Below, piece after piece: positions 50,973 to 64,000 of a stretch of 64,000 nt of DNA (within the stretch, counting starts at the first letter, position 1; each line of letters starts with the position of its first letter). This stretch comes from an uncultured Gemmatimonadales bacterium. Lineage in GTDB: Bacteria > Gemmatimonadota > Gemmatimonadetes > Gemmatimonadales > GWC2-71-9. The DNA is taken from positions 64,001 to 128,000 of the forward strand of contig CAVSLV010000003.1 of assembly GCA_963728915.1 (NCBI GenBank). The letters run 5' to 3'. The notes below the pieces were generated by a model that saw nothing but the letters and a program-made list of their open reading frames with translations, ran no database searches and had not been told where the DNA came from. Made by a program: the position numbers and the translations under genes.

Positions 50973-53900
50973 GTGTCGCTCGCCAAGGCCTCGCTCCGGC
51001 GGCCGATCTCCACCGTCGCGGTCGTCCTGGGCATGGTACTGCTCGGCGCCGTTTCCCTGGGGCAGATGCCGGTTTCTCTCCTCCCCGATGTCTCGCTGCC
51101 GGTGCTCACCATTCGGACTTCGTATCCGGGGGCCGCGGCCACCGAGGTCTCCCGGTTCGTGGCGGAGCCGATCGAAGAAGCGGTGGCCGCAACGCCGGGC
51201 CTAGTGGATCTCCGCTCGGTGAGCCGCAACGCGGAGGCGGTGACGACCCTGCGATTCGCGTGGGGCACCGACATGTCCACCACCGTGCTCCAGGTCCGGG
51301 AGCGGCTCGACAACGCGCGCGCCAATCTCCCGGAGCGCGCCGAGCGGCCCACCCTGCTCACCAGCGATCCGGGGGAGCGGCCGATCGCCGTGTTAGCCCT
51401 CTCCGGCAAAGGCGACCTCCGCTCCATCGCGCGGACCGCGATCGAGGTCCATTCCCGGCGGCTGGAGCAGCTCGAGGGCATCGCGAGCGTGGCGGTGGTC
51501 GGCGACCCCCAGGACGAGATCCGGGTCGATGTGAATCCCGAGAAGGCCCGTTCCCTGGGCATCACGCCGCTGGACGTCTCCAATGCGGTCCGGTCGGCCA
51601 ACGCCGGCTCGCCCGGGGGCACGGTCCGGCGGGGCCAGTTCCGGTTCGCGCTCCGGGCCCTCACCGAGTTCCAGGATGTCGGGGAAGTCGAGCGCACTCC
51701 GGTGGGCCCGTCCAAGAGTGGGATCACGCTCGCCGACGTGGGCTCGGTCTCCCTCGGGGTCGCCGATCCTCAGACCCTGGTGCGACTCGACGGCGCCCCG
51801 GCGGTCGGGCTGGTCATCTACAAGGACGCCGGCGCCAACACGGTGTCGGTGACCCGGTCCATCTACGACGCGATCGACCAGCTCACCCGGGAATTCCCCG
51901 GCGTCACGATCCGGGTCGTCGCGGCCCAGGCCCAGTTCGTGACCGATGCCTTGAGCAACCTGGGCCAGGAGATCGTGGTCGGCGGAGCGCTGGCCCTGTT
52001 CATGATCTGGCTCTTCCTGCGCGATTGGCGGGCTTCGTTCGCGATCGGGCTGGTGATTCCTCTCGCGGTCTTCACCGCGATGACGATCCTCCAGGTCGCC
52101 GGCGTCACCATCAATATCCTGTCGCTGGGAGGGCTCGCGCTGGGCACCGGGCTCATGGTCGACAATGCGATCGTGGTGACCGAGGGAACCGGCCGATACA
52201 AATCGGAGGGACTCTCCGATTTCGAGGCCGCGGAGCGGGCGGCGAGCGAGCTCACCGCGCCGCTCATCGCGGGAACCCTCACGTCCATCCTGGTTTTCGG
52301 GCCCATCGTGTTCGTGCAGGGGCTGGCGGCGGCCCTGTTCCGCGATCTCTCGCTCAGCGTCGCGGTCACTCTGACCACTTCCCTGGTCCTGGCGCTCACC
52401 CTCATGCCGGTGTTGATGGTGCGATGGAGGGCGGACCGGCGGACCGGCGGACCGGCGGAACGATCCCCATCCGCCCTCACCAGGTTTGGTCATGCCGCGG
52501 CCGAGCTCTACGAGCGGGGCATGGCCTGGTCGTTGGCCCACCAGAATACCGTCTTCCTGACCGCCCTCGCCGTGGTGGCGCTGACCGTCCTGATCGCGTT
52601 CCGGATTCCGAGGGAAATCCTTCCCCGGGTGGATGAAGGCCTCGCCGTCGCCGAGCTGACGCTGCCCCAGGGCACCGCCATCGAGGAGACGGCGCGCCAG
52701 GCCGGCCGGATCGAAGCGGCGGCGAAGCAGCTCGGCAGTGACGGCATCTACGCCAGGATCGGCAAGGCGACCGACGAAGAAGTCCTGTCGGGGGCCGATC
52801 CGGGGACCAGCGCAACGGCTCAGCTCATCATCCCGGTACCCGGCGGGAAGAGCGGATCCCGTTTCGCCGAGGCGCTCCGCGCCGCGGTTCCGGATCTCGC
52901 GGCGGGCTCCCTGACGCTCGACCTCGCCGGGCAGTCGGAATTCGGCAGCCTCATCGGGCGGGAGGGCCGGGTGGTGCGGGTCGAGGTATCGGCTCCCAGG
53001 CTCGAGGAAGCGGCCCGCTGGGCCGATTCGGTGCGGGGCCGGCTGGCGGGGCTCTCCGAGCTGTCCGATGTCCGGAGCGCGTTCAGCACCACCCAGCCCA
53101 CGGTCGAGGTCACCCTGGAGCGGGAGCGGATCGCCCGGTACGGCCTCACCGTCGACGCGGTGGCCAACGCCCTCGCGGGCGGGTTAGGCGGCGTCGCCTC
53201 GGGCGAGTTCCGGGAGACCGACCGGCGCACCCCGATCACGGTGCGATTCGCCGGGAATGCGAACGAGGACCTCCCCACCGCCCTGGCGACCCCGATCCAC
53301 GGCATCCCGGTGGGCGAGCTCGTGTCGGTGCGGGAGACCCGGGCCCCGGTGGAGGTGGTCCGGATCAATCAGCGCCCGGTCAGCGTGGTGGAGGCGGCGG
53401 TCGAACGGGGAGGCACCGCACGGGCCAGCCGGGATGTGTCTCGCCTGGTGGGGAGCATCGCCACGCCGCCGGGCGTGACCTGGCAGGTCACCGGGGCGGA
53501 TACCGAGCAGCAACGCACCACCCGCCAGCTCATCCTGGTGGGCCTGCTCGCCGCGCTGCTCATGTACCTGGTGCTGGCCGGTGAGTTTGCCTCCTTCTCG
53601 ATTCCGCTGGTGGTCATGATCACGGTCCCGCTCGCCGCGGTGGGTGGCCTGCTCATGCTCTGGATTACGGGGCAGAGCATCAACGTGGTCTCGTTGATTG
53701 GTATCGTGGTGATGATCGGGATCAGCGACAATGACGCGGTCGTCAAGCTCGCCGCGATCCGGCAATTCCGGGACGAAGGGCATCCGCTGGAGGAGGCCGT
53801 GATGCTGGGGGGCCGGCAACGGCTCCGCGCCATCGTGATGACCTCGCTCACCACCGTGGCCGGCGTGCTGCCGCTCATGTTCGGGATCGGGGGAGGTGGG

Positions 53901-54131
53901 GCGCTGTATCGGCCGCTCGCCGCCACGATTATCGGGGGCAGCGTGACCGCGCTCCTGGTGACGTTCTTCCTGCTGCCGGCGGCGTACGTGTGGGTGGAAA
54001 AGAGGGGGTCGGGGAGGTCGGAGAGGTCGGCTGGCAGGCAACTGACCGCAGCGAACTCACGGACCTCTCCGACCTCTCCGACCTCCCCGACCTCTCCGAC
54101 CTCCCCGACCTCTCCCACCTCCCCGCCATGA
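50973..54131 (+). CDS. RND (AcrB/AcrD/AcrF family) permease 1
   Basis: LRRPIS, YPGAAATEV, INILSLGGL, MVDNAIVV, RLRAIVMTSLTT. Confidence 0.93.
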   Translation: MSLAKASLRRPISTVAVVLGMVLLGAVSLGQMPVSLLPDVSLPVLTIRTSYPGAAATEVSRFVAEPIEEAVAATPGLVDLRSVSRNAEAVTTLRFAWGTDMSTTVLQVRERLDNARANLPERAERPTLLTSDPGERPIAVLALSGKGDLRSIARTAIEVHSRRLEQLEGIASVAVVGDPQDEIRVDVNPEKARSLGITPLDVSNAVRSANAGSPGGTVRRGQFRFALRALTEFQDVGEVERTPVGPSKSGITLADVGSVSLGVADPQTLVRLDGAPAVGLVIYKDAGANTVSVTRSIYDAIDQLTREFPGVTIRVVAAQAQFVTDALSNLGQEIVVGGALALFMIWLFLRDWRASFAIGLVIPLAVFTAMTILQVAGVTINILSLGGLALGTGLMVDNAIVVTEGTGRYKSEGLSDFEAAERAASELTAPLIAGTLTSILVFGPIVFVQGLAAALFRDLSLSVAVTLTTSLVLALTLMPVLMVRWRADRRTGGPAERSPSALTRFGHAAAELYERGMAWSLAHQNTVFLTALAVVALTVLIAFRIPREILPRVDEGLAVAELTLPQGTAIEETARQAGRIEAAAKQLGSDGIYARIGKATDEEVLSGADPGTSATAQLIIPVPGGKSGSRFAEALRAAVPDLAAGSLTLDLAGQSEFGSLIGREGRVVRVEVSAPRLEEAARWADSVRGRLAGLSELSDVRSAFSTTQPTVEVTLERERIARYGLTVDAVANALAGGLGGVASGEFRETDRRTPITVRFAGNANEDLPTALATPIHGIPVGELVSVRETRAPVEVVRINQRPVSVVEAAVERGGTARASRDVSRLVGSIATPPGVTWQVTGADTEQQRTTRQLILVGLLAALLMYLVLAGEFASFSIPLVVMITVPLAAVGGLLMLWITGQSINVVSLIGIVVMIGISDNDAVVKLAAIRQFRDEGHPLEEAVMLGGRQRLRAIVMTSLTTVAGVLPLMFGIGGGGALYRPLAATIIGGSVTALLVTFFLLPAAYVWVEKRGSGRSERSAGRQLTAANSRTSPTSPTSPTSPTSPTSPTSPP
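52430..52459. repeat. 8-mer tract in the central cytoplasmic loop of RND permease 1
   Basis: (GGCGGACC)x3 GGCGGA; encodes ADRRTGGPAE. Confidence 0.85.
54002..54126. repeat. 9-mer hairpin forming the C-terminal tail of RND permease 1
   Basis: GGGGAGGTC GGAGAGGTC...(CCGACCTCY)n; encodes TSPTSPTSPTSPTSPTSPP. Confidence 0.88.
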
Positions 54132-57100
54132 TCCGCTGGGCCGTTTCCCGTCCCGCCGTGATCTGGGCCGGCGGCGCCGGGCTCATCCTCGCCGGAACGG
54201 TGGCGTTCACCAAGCTCCCCCTCGCCACCAAGACGACGGTCGAGCTTCCCCGCTTGTCGATCACCGCACGCTGGTACGGCGCCTCGGCCGAGCTGCTCGA
54301 GACCTACATCACCTCGCCGATCGAATCCGCGGTCCAGGGAGTCCGCGGGGTGCGCAAGACCAGCAGCACGTCGAGCGATCGCCAGGGAGTGCGGATCACG
54401 GTGGAGCTCGAGCCCACCATGGACGTGCAGCTGGTACGGCTGGCCATTCATGAGCGGCTCGAGCTGCTCCGCAAGGACTTCCCGCCCGGGATCACCGGGC
54501 CGACGGTCACCAACTATCTCCCCGAGGAGCTTCAGGAACAGCCGCTGCTGCACTACAGCATGGCCGGCCCCTATACGCCGGGCACCCTGACGCGGATCGC
54601 CCGGGAACAGATCGAGCCGCGACTCGGCACCGTGCCTGGGGTCGCCACGGTTTCCACCTATGGGAGCGCGGAGACCGGCGTCTCGGTGAGCTACGATCCC
54701 CAGCGCTTGCGGCAGCTCGGCATTCTCCCCGACCAGATCGCCGCGGCGCTGGCCGGGGCGCGGATGGTGCAGGCGCTCGGCGAAGAGCGGGAGGGCGCGA
54801 CCATCCGCAGCGTCGTGCTTCGCGATCAACCGAACGCCTACGAGGACCTCGAGCACTTGCCGATCCGGGCCGCTTCGGGCCGGGTGTTCGAGCTGGGCGA
54901 GATGGCGTCGGTTCGTCCGGAGGAAGACACCCAGGGATACATCTCCCGGCTCAACGGGGTTCCCAACGTCGGGCTCGAAATCACCCGTCAGCCGGGAGCC
55001 GACGCCATCCACACCGCGGGCCGGGTCCGCCGTGCGGTCGAGTCGATCCAGCCGCTCCTGCCCCGGGGCGTGGTGGTCAAGCTCGAGGCCGACGACAGCG
55101 TCGAGCTGGCCAAGCAGCTCAGGAATCTCGCGATCCGAGGGGCCATCGCCTTCGGGGCGGTGTTCCTGATCCTGCTGCTCACCCTCCGGCAGGTCCGCGC
55201 AGTGGGCCTGGTGATGGCGAGCACCGCGGTCGCGATCGCGGGCACCGCCCTGGGCCTCTACCTGCTCCGGATCCCCGCGAACCTGCTCACGCTCGCCGGG
55301 TTAGGAATGGGAATCGGGATCCTGGTGGACAACGGGGTCATCGTGGTGGAACGGCTCCGGCTGGGCGCCAACACCGCCGAGGCGCGCGCTGAAGCCGCGC
55401 GGCGGATTACCCCGGCCATCCTGGGGACCACGCTCACCACCGCGGTCGTGCTGGTTCCCTTCCTGTACCTCCAGGGCAACGCCCGGGCGGCCTTCGTGCC
55501 GTTCGCCGCCGCCTTCACCCTCGCGCTGGGCTGGTCGGTCGTCGCCTCGGTGGTGATGCTGCCGGCGGTCGGCGGCTTCGCGATCAGCAAGGACGCCACC
55601 TGGCCCCGGCTCCATCGGATCTACCTCGCCACCCTCCGCCCCCTGGTCCGCTGGCGCTGGCTGACCATCGGGCTCGCCACCGGGCTGCTGGTCCTGGTCG
55701 CGTGGGGATTCGTGAAGAAGGTGCCCCGCTCGTCGTGGGGGAACTGGTTTGGCCAGCGCACCACCCTGATGGCGGCGCTCACCTTCCCGCGAGGCTCGGA
55801 CCCGGAAAGTCTCGACCGCGCCATCGCCGAGTTCGAGCAGATCGCGGTGGGACGGACCGGGGTGGAGCGGGTCGATGCGCGGGGTCAGGGCAACTTCGCC
55901 CAGGTGGTGGTGGTGTTCACCCGGGAATCGGAGTTCACCGGACTGCCGCTGGTGATGCAGGAAGAGATGACTCAGCGAGCGGTGCTGGTCGGCGGCGCGA
56001 CCGTGAGCGTACAGGGCCAGGGACCGGGGTTCTACAGCGGCTCGGCCGGCAGCGGGGCGAGCTTCCGGATCAAGGTGGTGGGCTACTCGTTCCGGGGGGT
56101 CGAGCAGCTGGCGCTCGATCTCAAGCAGCGACTGGAAACGATCTCCCGGGTGAGAAACGTGGACATCAACAGCGGCGGGTGGGGCGCCGATCGCGCGATC
56201 AGCGTGATGCTCACGCCCGACCGGAACGCCCTTGCCCGCCACGGAGTCACCTCGCGGGACTTCGCGAACGCGGTGGCGCGGGAAATCCGGGGCCCGGTCG
56301 GGGCCCAGCGGCTCGAGCTGGGAGGCGAGGAGACCATTGTCTCCCTCAAGGCCGCGGGAGCCCGGGAGCGCGCCCTGGACGATCTGCGCGCGGCGATGGT
56401 CCCCAACGAGGGAAACTCCCCGGTCCGGGTCGGGGACCTCGCCCTGGTCAGCGAGCAACCCGGCCTCTCCGCGGTGACCCGGGAGGACCAGCAATACGTA
56501 CGCACCGTGTCCTATGATTTTCGGGGACCCCAGAAGCTGGCCACCCGCACCCACGATGCGTTCATGGGCAGCATCACCGCTCCGCCGGGTTATACGGTGA
56601 GCGATTACCAGGTCTCCTGGGACGAGGACGAAAGCTCCAAAGGGCTCTGGCTGGTGTTCGCCATCGGCGTGGCCCTCGTGCTCCTCTCGGTGGCGCTCAT
56701 CTTCGATTCGATCTGGGCTTCGGCGATGGTATTTCTCTCCCTTCCTCTCGCGCTCGCGGGAGTGGGAGGCATCTTCTGGCTCAGCAAGAGCGCATTCACC
56801 CGGGAAGCCGCGGTGGGCGTGATCCTGGTCGTCGGGCTCGCGGTCAACCAGGCGATTCTGCTGGTGGATGCCGCACTGGAAAAAAGGCGGACAGGCGGAC
56901 AGGCGGACCGGCGGACAGGACGATCGCTTACCGTGGAGGACGTGCTCCACGCGGCGTCCGACCGGGCCGGGATGATCATCGTGGTCACCCTGACCACGAT
57001 GGCCAGCCTTATCCCGCTCGCGGTGGGGGCGGCGAACAACAGTCTCTTCGGGGCGATTGCCCTGGCGACGGCGGGTGGGACCATCGCGGGAACGATCGGC

Positions 57101-57160
57101 GCGCTCTGGATCGTGCCGGCGCTGCTCCGGGGCCGGCAGCAAAGGGCGGTGCCGAGCTAG
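54128..57160 (+). CDS. RND (AcrB/AcrD/AcrF family) permease 2
   Basis: MIRWAVSRP, YITSPIESAV, NLLTLAGL, LVDNGVIVVE; ATGA overlap with permease 1. Confidence 0.92.
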   Translation: MIRWAVSRPAVIWAGGAGLILAGTVAFTKLPLATKTTVELPRLSITARWYGASAELLETYITSPIESAVQGVRGVRKTSSTSSDRQGVRITVELEPTMDVQLVRLAIHERLELLRKDFPPGITGPTVTNYLPEELQEQPLLHYSMAGPYTPGTLTRIAREQIEPRLGTVPGVATVSTYGSAETGVSVSYDPQRLRQLGILPDQIAAALAGARMVQALGEEREGATIRSVVLRDQPNAYEDLEHLPIRAASGRVFELGEMASVRPEEDTQGYISRLNGVPNVGLEITRQPGADAIHTAGRVRRAVESIQPLLPRGVVVKLEADDSVELAKQLRNLAIRGAIAFGAVFLILLLTLRQVRAVGLVMASTAVAIAGTALGLYLLRIPANLLTLAGLGMGIGILVDNGVIVVERLRLGANTAEARAEAARRITPAILGTTLTTAVVLVPFLYLQGNARAAFVPFAAAFTLALGWSVVASVVMLPAVGGFAISKDATWPRLHRIYLATLRPLVRWRWLTIGLATGLLVLVAWGFVKKVPRSSWGNWFGQRTTLMAALTFPRGSDPESLDRAIAEFEQIAVGRTGVERVDARGQGNFAQVVVVFTRESEFTGLPLVMQEEMTQRAVLVGGATVSVQGQGPGFYSGSAGSGASFRIKVVGYSFRGVEQLALDLKQRLETISRVRNVDINSGGWGADRAISVMLTPDRNALARHGVTSRDFANAVAREIRGPVGAQRLELGGEETIVSLKAAGARERALDDLRAAMVPNEGNSPVRVGDLALVSEQPGLSAVTREDQQYVRTVSYDFRGPQKLATRTHDAFMGSITAPPGYTVSDYQVSWDEDESSKGLWLVFAIGVALVLLSVALIFDSIWASAMVFLSLPLALAGVGGIFWLSKSAFTREAAVGVILVVGLAVNQAILLVDAALEKRRTGGQADRRTGRSLTVEDVLHAASDRAGMIIVVTLTTMASLIPLAVGAANNSLFGAIALATAGGTIAGTIGALWIVPALLRGRQQRAVPS
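56885..56919. repeat. 8-mer tract in the TM10-TM11 loop of RND permease 2
   Basis: (GGCGGACM)x4; encodes RRTGGQADRRTG. Confidence 0.85.
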
Positions 57161-59544
57161 CGACGGACTCCCATTCTTCGCTGCAATTCCGACCAGCGGG
57201 GATCCTGGTGGAGTGGAACAAACATCGGCTCGACCAGGGCCATCGGCATGGTGAAAGCCCGCTCCTCGACCGCTCGGCTCAGTTCGCCAAATGCCTCATC
57301 GGTTCGCCCCAGGGCCGTCAGAATCGCCGCGACTCCATCGGCGGCCACATATCGATGTCGTCGCAGCGCCTCAAGTGCGTCCAGAGCGTGGCGGGCCTCG
57401 GCCGGCTTTCCGCACATCGCCAGGACCACGCCCGGTTCTCCGCTCTCATAGGATCCCAGGTTCGCCTCCACCGGCACGGCGATCGCCACGGCCTCGGCGC
57501 ATCGCCCCAACGTTGCGAGGGACAACGCCAACCCGGCCCTCGCCACCGCGAGCGTGCTGTCCAGCTCAAGGGCGTGACGGTAGGCGGGGATGGCGGCGCT
57601 GTCCCGACCGGCGAAGTGGAGCATGGTGCCCAACCGGGCATTGACGATGAGCGAGAGGGGGTCGAGCGTGCGCGCCATTTCGATGGCGGCGAGCGATTGC
57701 GGAGTCCGGCCGGTGGCGGCCAGCAGCCACGACTTGAACAGATAGGCCGGCACGTAATTGGGGTTGAGCTGGATGGCCCGGTCGTATTGGCGTTCCGCCC
57801 CCGCGATGTCCCAGTCGAGCCAGAAACCGATGAACCCGAGAGAGGTGTGGACTTCGGCGAGGCTGGAGTCGAGCGCCATGGCCCGGAGGGCTGCGCTTCG
57901 AGCCCGGTCGCGCCCGATGCTGGGCGTCATCCCACCAAACGGGACCAGGAGGGCATAGGCATCGGCCAGCCCGGCGTAGGCCTGGGCGTAGGTGGAGTCC
58001 CGCGCCAGGGCGCCCTCAAACGCTTCGATCGCCTTGTGCCCGGCGGTCTCGGTGCGCTGGGCCAGGAAGAAGCGGCCCCGCAGGTATCGATCGTGGGCCT
58101 CCTGGTCCCGGGTCCCTCGCTCCACCAGGGAGGCGCCGGCCCTCGCTCCCGCCAGGGTGACCTTGAGCGCCTCGGCGATGGCCCGTGCGATGGTATCCTG
58201 CACCGCGAAGACATCCCGCAGCTCGCTCTGATAGTCGCCGCTCCATAACTGGGCATCCCGCGCCACGTCCACCAGGCGGGCGGTGACCCTAACCCGCTGG
58301 CCCATGTGCTGGACCGTGGCTTCCAGGATCGCCCCCACGTCGAGGTGCCGGCCGATTTCCTTGAGATCGGTGGTCGCCGCCCGGGCCGCAAAGGACGAGG
58401 TCCTCGAGGAGACCCGGAGGCCGCTCAGTTTTCCCAGGGCGTTGATCAGCTCTTCCGCCAGGCCCTGACTGAAATAGTCGCTGGTGGAATCGCCCCCGAT
58501 GTTCTGGAACGGCATCACCGCGAGGGAACGGATCACGGCCGGGCCGGCCGGCGCGGGCGGGGGCAGGGCCGACCGGGTTCCGCCGCGGAGCAGGAGGAGG
58601 AGCCCCACGCCCAGGATCGCGGCGCCACCGAGCAGGGACCCCATAACCCGCGCGCGCCGGCCGGCGTGCCGACTCCCTCGCAGGCTCTCTCCGATGGCCT
58701 GGAGCGCGTCTCGCACTTCCTCGCCCGAGGCGGGGCGCGCCGCCGGATCGACGGCGAGGAGCCGGGCGATCAGGGTCGCAAGCGCCGGGGGACAATCGGG
58801 CCGCGCGCGCGTCGCCGGGGCCGGGGTCCGGGAGAGCTGCGCGGCCACCAGCGCCGGAGGGGTCAGCGCGCCGAAGGGCGGCTGCCCGGTGATCAGTTCG
58901 TAGCCCACCACGCCGAGCGCGTAGAGGTCCACCCGATGATTCACGCCGGGGTCTCCCACCGCCTGTTCCGGCGCCATGTAGGCCGGCGTTCCGATCACCA
59001 TTCCGACGCCGGTGACCTGGGACCCGGCTCCCGGCGCTCCGGCGCCGGTGGCCAGATCGAGCGCCTTGGCGACTCCGAAGTCCGCCACCACCGCGTGGCC
59101 GTCCTGCATCAGGAGGTTTTCCGGCTTGATGTCGCGGTGGATCACTCCCTGGCGGTGCGCGTAGGCCAGCGCGTCGGCGATTTCGGTCAGCAGTCGCACG
59201 GTCTCGTCGATCGGGAGGGGACCTTCCCGGGCGAGCCGGGCCCGGAGGGATTCGCCTTCGACGAAGGGCATGGTGAAGTAGGGAAGCTCCCCCACATGAC
59301 CGGCGGTGAGGAGCGGAACGATGTGGGGGTGCTGGCAGCGAGCGCAGAGGGACATCTCCCGCTCGAAGCGATCGGTGCTGGTGCTCGCGGCGATTTCCGG
59401 CCGGAGCACCTTGACCACCACCCGGCGACTGAGGCGGGACTCGGTGGCCAGGAAGACCCGCGCCATCCCGCCGCCGCCGAGCTCCCGCTCCACGCTATAG
59501 CCCGAGCCGAGGGTAGTTTGGACCTGTTCCTGGAGGTCGGGCAT
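57157..59544 (-). CDS. Hanks-type Ser/Thr protein kinase with TM, TolB-N-like domain and TPRs
   Basis: [47 protein letters not shown]...[14 protein letters not shown]-like helices. Confidence 0.95.
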   Translation of the reverse strand: MPDLQEQVQTTLGSGYSVERELGGGGMARVFLATESRLSRRVVVKVLRPEIAASTSTDRFEREMSLCARCQHPHIVPLLTAGHVGELPYFTMPFVEGESLRARLAREGPLPIDETVRLLTEIADALAYAHRQGVIHRDIKPENLLMQDGHAVVADFGVAKALDLATGAGAPGAGSQVTGVGMVIGTPAYMAPEQAVGDPGVNHRVDLYALGVVGYELITGQPPFGALTPPALVAAQLSRTPAPATRARPDCPPALATLIARLLAVDPAARPASGEEVRDALQAIGESLRGSRHAGRRARVMGSLLGGAAILGVGLLLLLRGGTRSALPPPAPAGPAVIRSLAVMPFQNIGGDSTSDYFSQGLAEELINALGKLSGLRVSSRTSSFAARAATTDLKEIGRHLDVGAILEATVQHMGQRVRVTARLVDVARDAQLWSGDYQSELRDVFAVQDTIARAIAEALKVTLAGARAGASLVERGTRDQEAHDRYLRGRFFLAQRTETAGHKAIEAFEGALARDSTYAQAYAGLADAYALLVPFGGMTPSIGRDRARSAALRAMALDSSLAEVHTSLGFIGFWLDWDIAGAERQYDRAIQLNPNYVPAYLFKSWLLAATGRTPQSLAAIEMARTLDPLSLIVNARLGTMLHFAGRDSAAIPAYRHALELDSTLAVARAGLALSLATLGRCAEAVAIAVPVEANLGSYESGEPGVVLAMCGKPAEARHALDALEALRRHRYVAADGVAAILTALGRTDEAFGELSRAVEERAFTMPMALVEPMFVPLHQDPRWSELQRRMGVRR

Positions 59545-59752
59545 GGCTTGAGGCTAGGCTTTCCCCGGCCCCGGCACAAGCTCCGATCGCAGGGAACCAG
59601 GGGTGCTCCTCCCTCTGGCATCGGCCATGCTCCGGGGACCCGGGGGGCAGTCCTGCGCGGGGGGTCTGTCTCCCGGCGGGGACAACCCGGCCCAGGAAAA
59701 CGGCGGGCCGTTTCGATTCGAGGACAGTTAACCCGGCCAACCCGGAGGGGTC

Positions 59753-60769
59753 ATGCGAGTCGCTGGCCTCGGAACCCTGCTGCTCTGGGTTCCGTCGTTC
59801 GTTTCCGCCCAACAGGTCCAGGTGGTTCGTGGCACGGTGGGTGACCCGGGAGGTTCTCCGCTCGCGGGGGCCGATGTTCTGCTCGACGCCAGGATCACCA
59901 GCACCAACGCCCAGGGAGCGTTCCGGTTCGACAGCGTGGCCCCGGGAAGCCACTACGTGACGGTCCGGTTCGCGGGTTATGTCCCCATCCGGACCCGGAT
60001 CGAGGTCGACGCCCGCACACCGACCGAGCTCCAGTTTCGCCTGACCCGCGCCCCGTTCCTGCTTCCGCCGGTGATCACCACCCTGAGCCGCCGGGGGATC
60101 TACGGAAACATCGGAGACACCGCCCATCGTCCGCTTCGGGGAGTCCGGGTCGATGTGGCGGGCGTCAACGGCGGGGTGGTCCTGACCGACAGTCTGGGGG
60201 GCTTCGCGTTTCCCTCGGCGGACCGGGGCACGTATCTCCTCCGGTTCACGCGTCCGGGGTATGCGGAGCGACGCCTCGTGCTGGACCTCAAGCCGGGTGA
60301 AGGCCGCCAGGTCATGCTGGAGCTCTCGCCGTCCAGCGCCAGGCCGTCCCGGGCCGACGATCAGGCATTCGAGTCGCTCCACCAGCGGCTGGCCTTCGGA
60401 TTACATCGAGAGCGCATGACCGGGAGCGAGCTGGCACGCTACGGCCACGGTGGGCTGTGCGACGTGCCCCGAATGGCGGTGGAGCTGGGGGGAATCCAGG
60501 CGTCGACGACGGTGATCCTGAATGGCGTGGACGTCCTGCTCGACTTCCCGGTCAGTGCCCTCTGCACCTGGCGGGCCGACGAGGTGAGCCTAGTCGAGTT
60601 CGGCAAGGACATCTGCGCCGATGTGACCCACACCGCCGGGGACGCGCTCGCCGTCCCTCCGTGGTGTGCGTTCCGGAGCCGCAACGTCACCCGGAGCGCC
60701 TCCGGAGCGACGTCGATCCGGGCCCAGGGTGGCGGCACCAGTTACGTCATCATCTGGGAGAAAAGGTAG
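59753..60769 (+). CDS. Secreted protein with two carboxypeptidase-regulatory-like domains
   Basis: Signal peptide; two repeats of GTV.D..G.PL.G..V...T...G.F.F....G.Y......GY. Confidence 0.8.
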   Translation: MRVAGLGTLLLWVPSFVSAQQVQVVRGTVGDPGGSPLAGADVLLDARITSTNAQGAFRFDSVAPGSHYVTVRFAGYVPIRTRIEVDARTPTELQFRLTRAPFLLPPVITTLSRRGIYGNIGDTAHRPLRGVRVDVAGVNGGVVLTDSLGGFAFPSADRGTYLLRFTRPGYAERRLVLDLKPGEGRQVMLELSPSSARPSRADDQAFESLHQRLAFGLHRERMTGSELARYGHGGLCDVPRMAVELGGIQASTTVILNGVDVLLDFPVSALCTWRADEVSLVEFGKDICADVTHTAGDALAVPPWCAFRSRNVTRSASGATSIRAQGGGTSYVIIWEKR

Positions 60770-60779
60770 AACCACCTCA

Positions 60780-61238
60780 TCAGCGGAAGAGGTCTGGTAT
60801 CGAAATCTCGACCGGCTTGGGTTGACCAGGAGCAACCCACGTGACGCGCTCGCGGTGCGGCTCCTCGGAGGACCCGTCCCGGCGCGAGACATACAGGCAC
60901 GACTCGCGCAGATCCAGCCGCCAGTACTCCGGGACGCCCAAAGCCAGGTATGCTGGACCCTTATAGTCCCGATCGCACACCTCGGATCCCTTTCCCGACA
61001 CCTCCACCGCAAGCCACCACTCTCGAATGCTGGTCCATCTGTGGTCGAGCTTCAAGGGCCGAGGCAGCGCCGTTCGAGGGACGACCAGGAGGTCGGGTTC
61101 AAGATGATGCCCGGGTTCGAGCTCGATGACCCCCGGGGAAAACAGCTCCGCGTCGACATGCATCCTGAGATACCCGGCCAGCTCGGAAAACAGCCGTTCT
61201 TTGGGTCGCGGAGCACCCTCGGCAGCAGGCTCAAGCAC
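60780..61238 (-). CDS. Uma2 family (PD-(D/E)XK) endonuclease-like protein, apparently 5'-truncated
   Basis: EPDLLVV, LAVEVS, DRDYK...Y...GVPEYWRLD; usual N-terminal segment absent. Confidence 0.75.
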   Translation of the reverse strand: MLEPAAEGAPRPKERLFSELAGYLRMHVDAELFSPGVIELEPGHHLEPDLLVVPRTALPRPLKLDHRWTSIREWWLAVEVSGKGSEVCDRDYKGPAYLALGVPEYWRLDLRESCLYVSRRDGSSEEPHRERVTWVAPGQPKPVEISIPDLFR

Positions 61239-61351
61239 TGAAGTTTCAATAGCTTAGCCGCCATTCCGGGGATTGTGGCGCTACCCCTAATCCCCTATAT
61301 TTGAACGTTCGGGTCGCCGTGTCCCGGACCGACCTTCCGCCCCACCTGCGC

Positions 61352-63840
<2,489 letters not shown>

Positions 63841-63844
<4 letters not shown>

Positions 63845-64000
63845 GTGAGTCGGACGCTCCTGCCCTGTGCGCCCTCCAGGCCGCAGCGTCGGCCCTCGAG
63901 GGCATCGCCGTCCGGACCCCCCTCATCGAAGCAGCACCCCTCTCCCGCCGGCTCGGCGTCCCGGTCTTCCTCAAGTGCGAGCAGTGCCAGCCGGTCGGCG
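63841..64000 (+). CDS. PLP-dependent threonine/serine dehydratase-family enzyme (partial, runs off window)
   Basis: ATGA overlap with gyrA; translated by hand ...[30 protein letters not shown]. Confidence 0.8.

Noticed and set aside
53990..54127. N-terminal extension of RND permease 2 (GEVGEVG...SDLSDL)
   Set aside because: It is the 9-mer repeat read in another frame; ATG 54128 overlaps the upstream stop and gives a typical RND N-terminus
60780..61238. Uma2 nuclease as part of a defence island or mobile element
   Set aside because: Solitary, apparently truncated, with no methylase, integrase or other defence genes nearby

Overview
A very GC-rich 64 kb bacterial chromosome segment. The gene repertoire (6-bladed beta-propellers, TPR Ser/Thr kinase, carboxypeptidase-regulatory-like proteins, tricorn/M61 peptidases) suggests Gemmatimonadota, which is inference only. 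About 55 CDS are supportable. I saw no rRNA, tRNA, CRISPR array, transposase, integrase or phage genes. Recognisable blocks: a CocE hydrolase; an NSS transporter with an unannotated 45-aa partner; an RDD-SpoIIM / DUF4129 / DUF4350 / MoxR / DUF58 cluster; an SOS-type mutagenesis cassette (radical SAM, catalytically dead Y-family polymerase, dnaE2); secreted peptidases; ispH; a TolC-MFP-two-permease RND operon; and gyrA. Four candidates for undescribed biology stand out. (1) An operon with a membrane-anchored CxxC redoxin, two secreted six-cysteine mini-proteins and a secreted beta-propeller (11.8-14.0 kb). (2) A signalling module with a sensor-less single-TM HisKA_3 kinase, a NarL-type regulator, a small PCPPxC protein and a ~7-TM protein, plus a 16-bp palindrome present twice nearby (42.7-46.6 kb). 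(3) Three families of 7/8/9-mer tandem repeats, often hairpin-forming, inserted in frame in protein genes and concentrated in the mutagenesis cassette and the RND operon. (4) A long palindromic operator over a sigma70-like promoter, followed by an unannotated zinc-ribbon ORF, at the head of the mutagenesis cassette. At least six genes carry single-base frameshifts, most probably assembly errors. All product calls come from motif recognition by eye, not from database searches.
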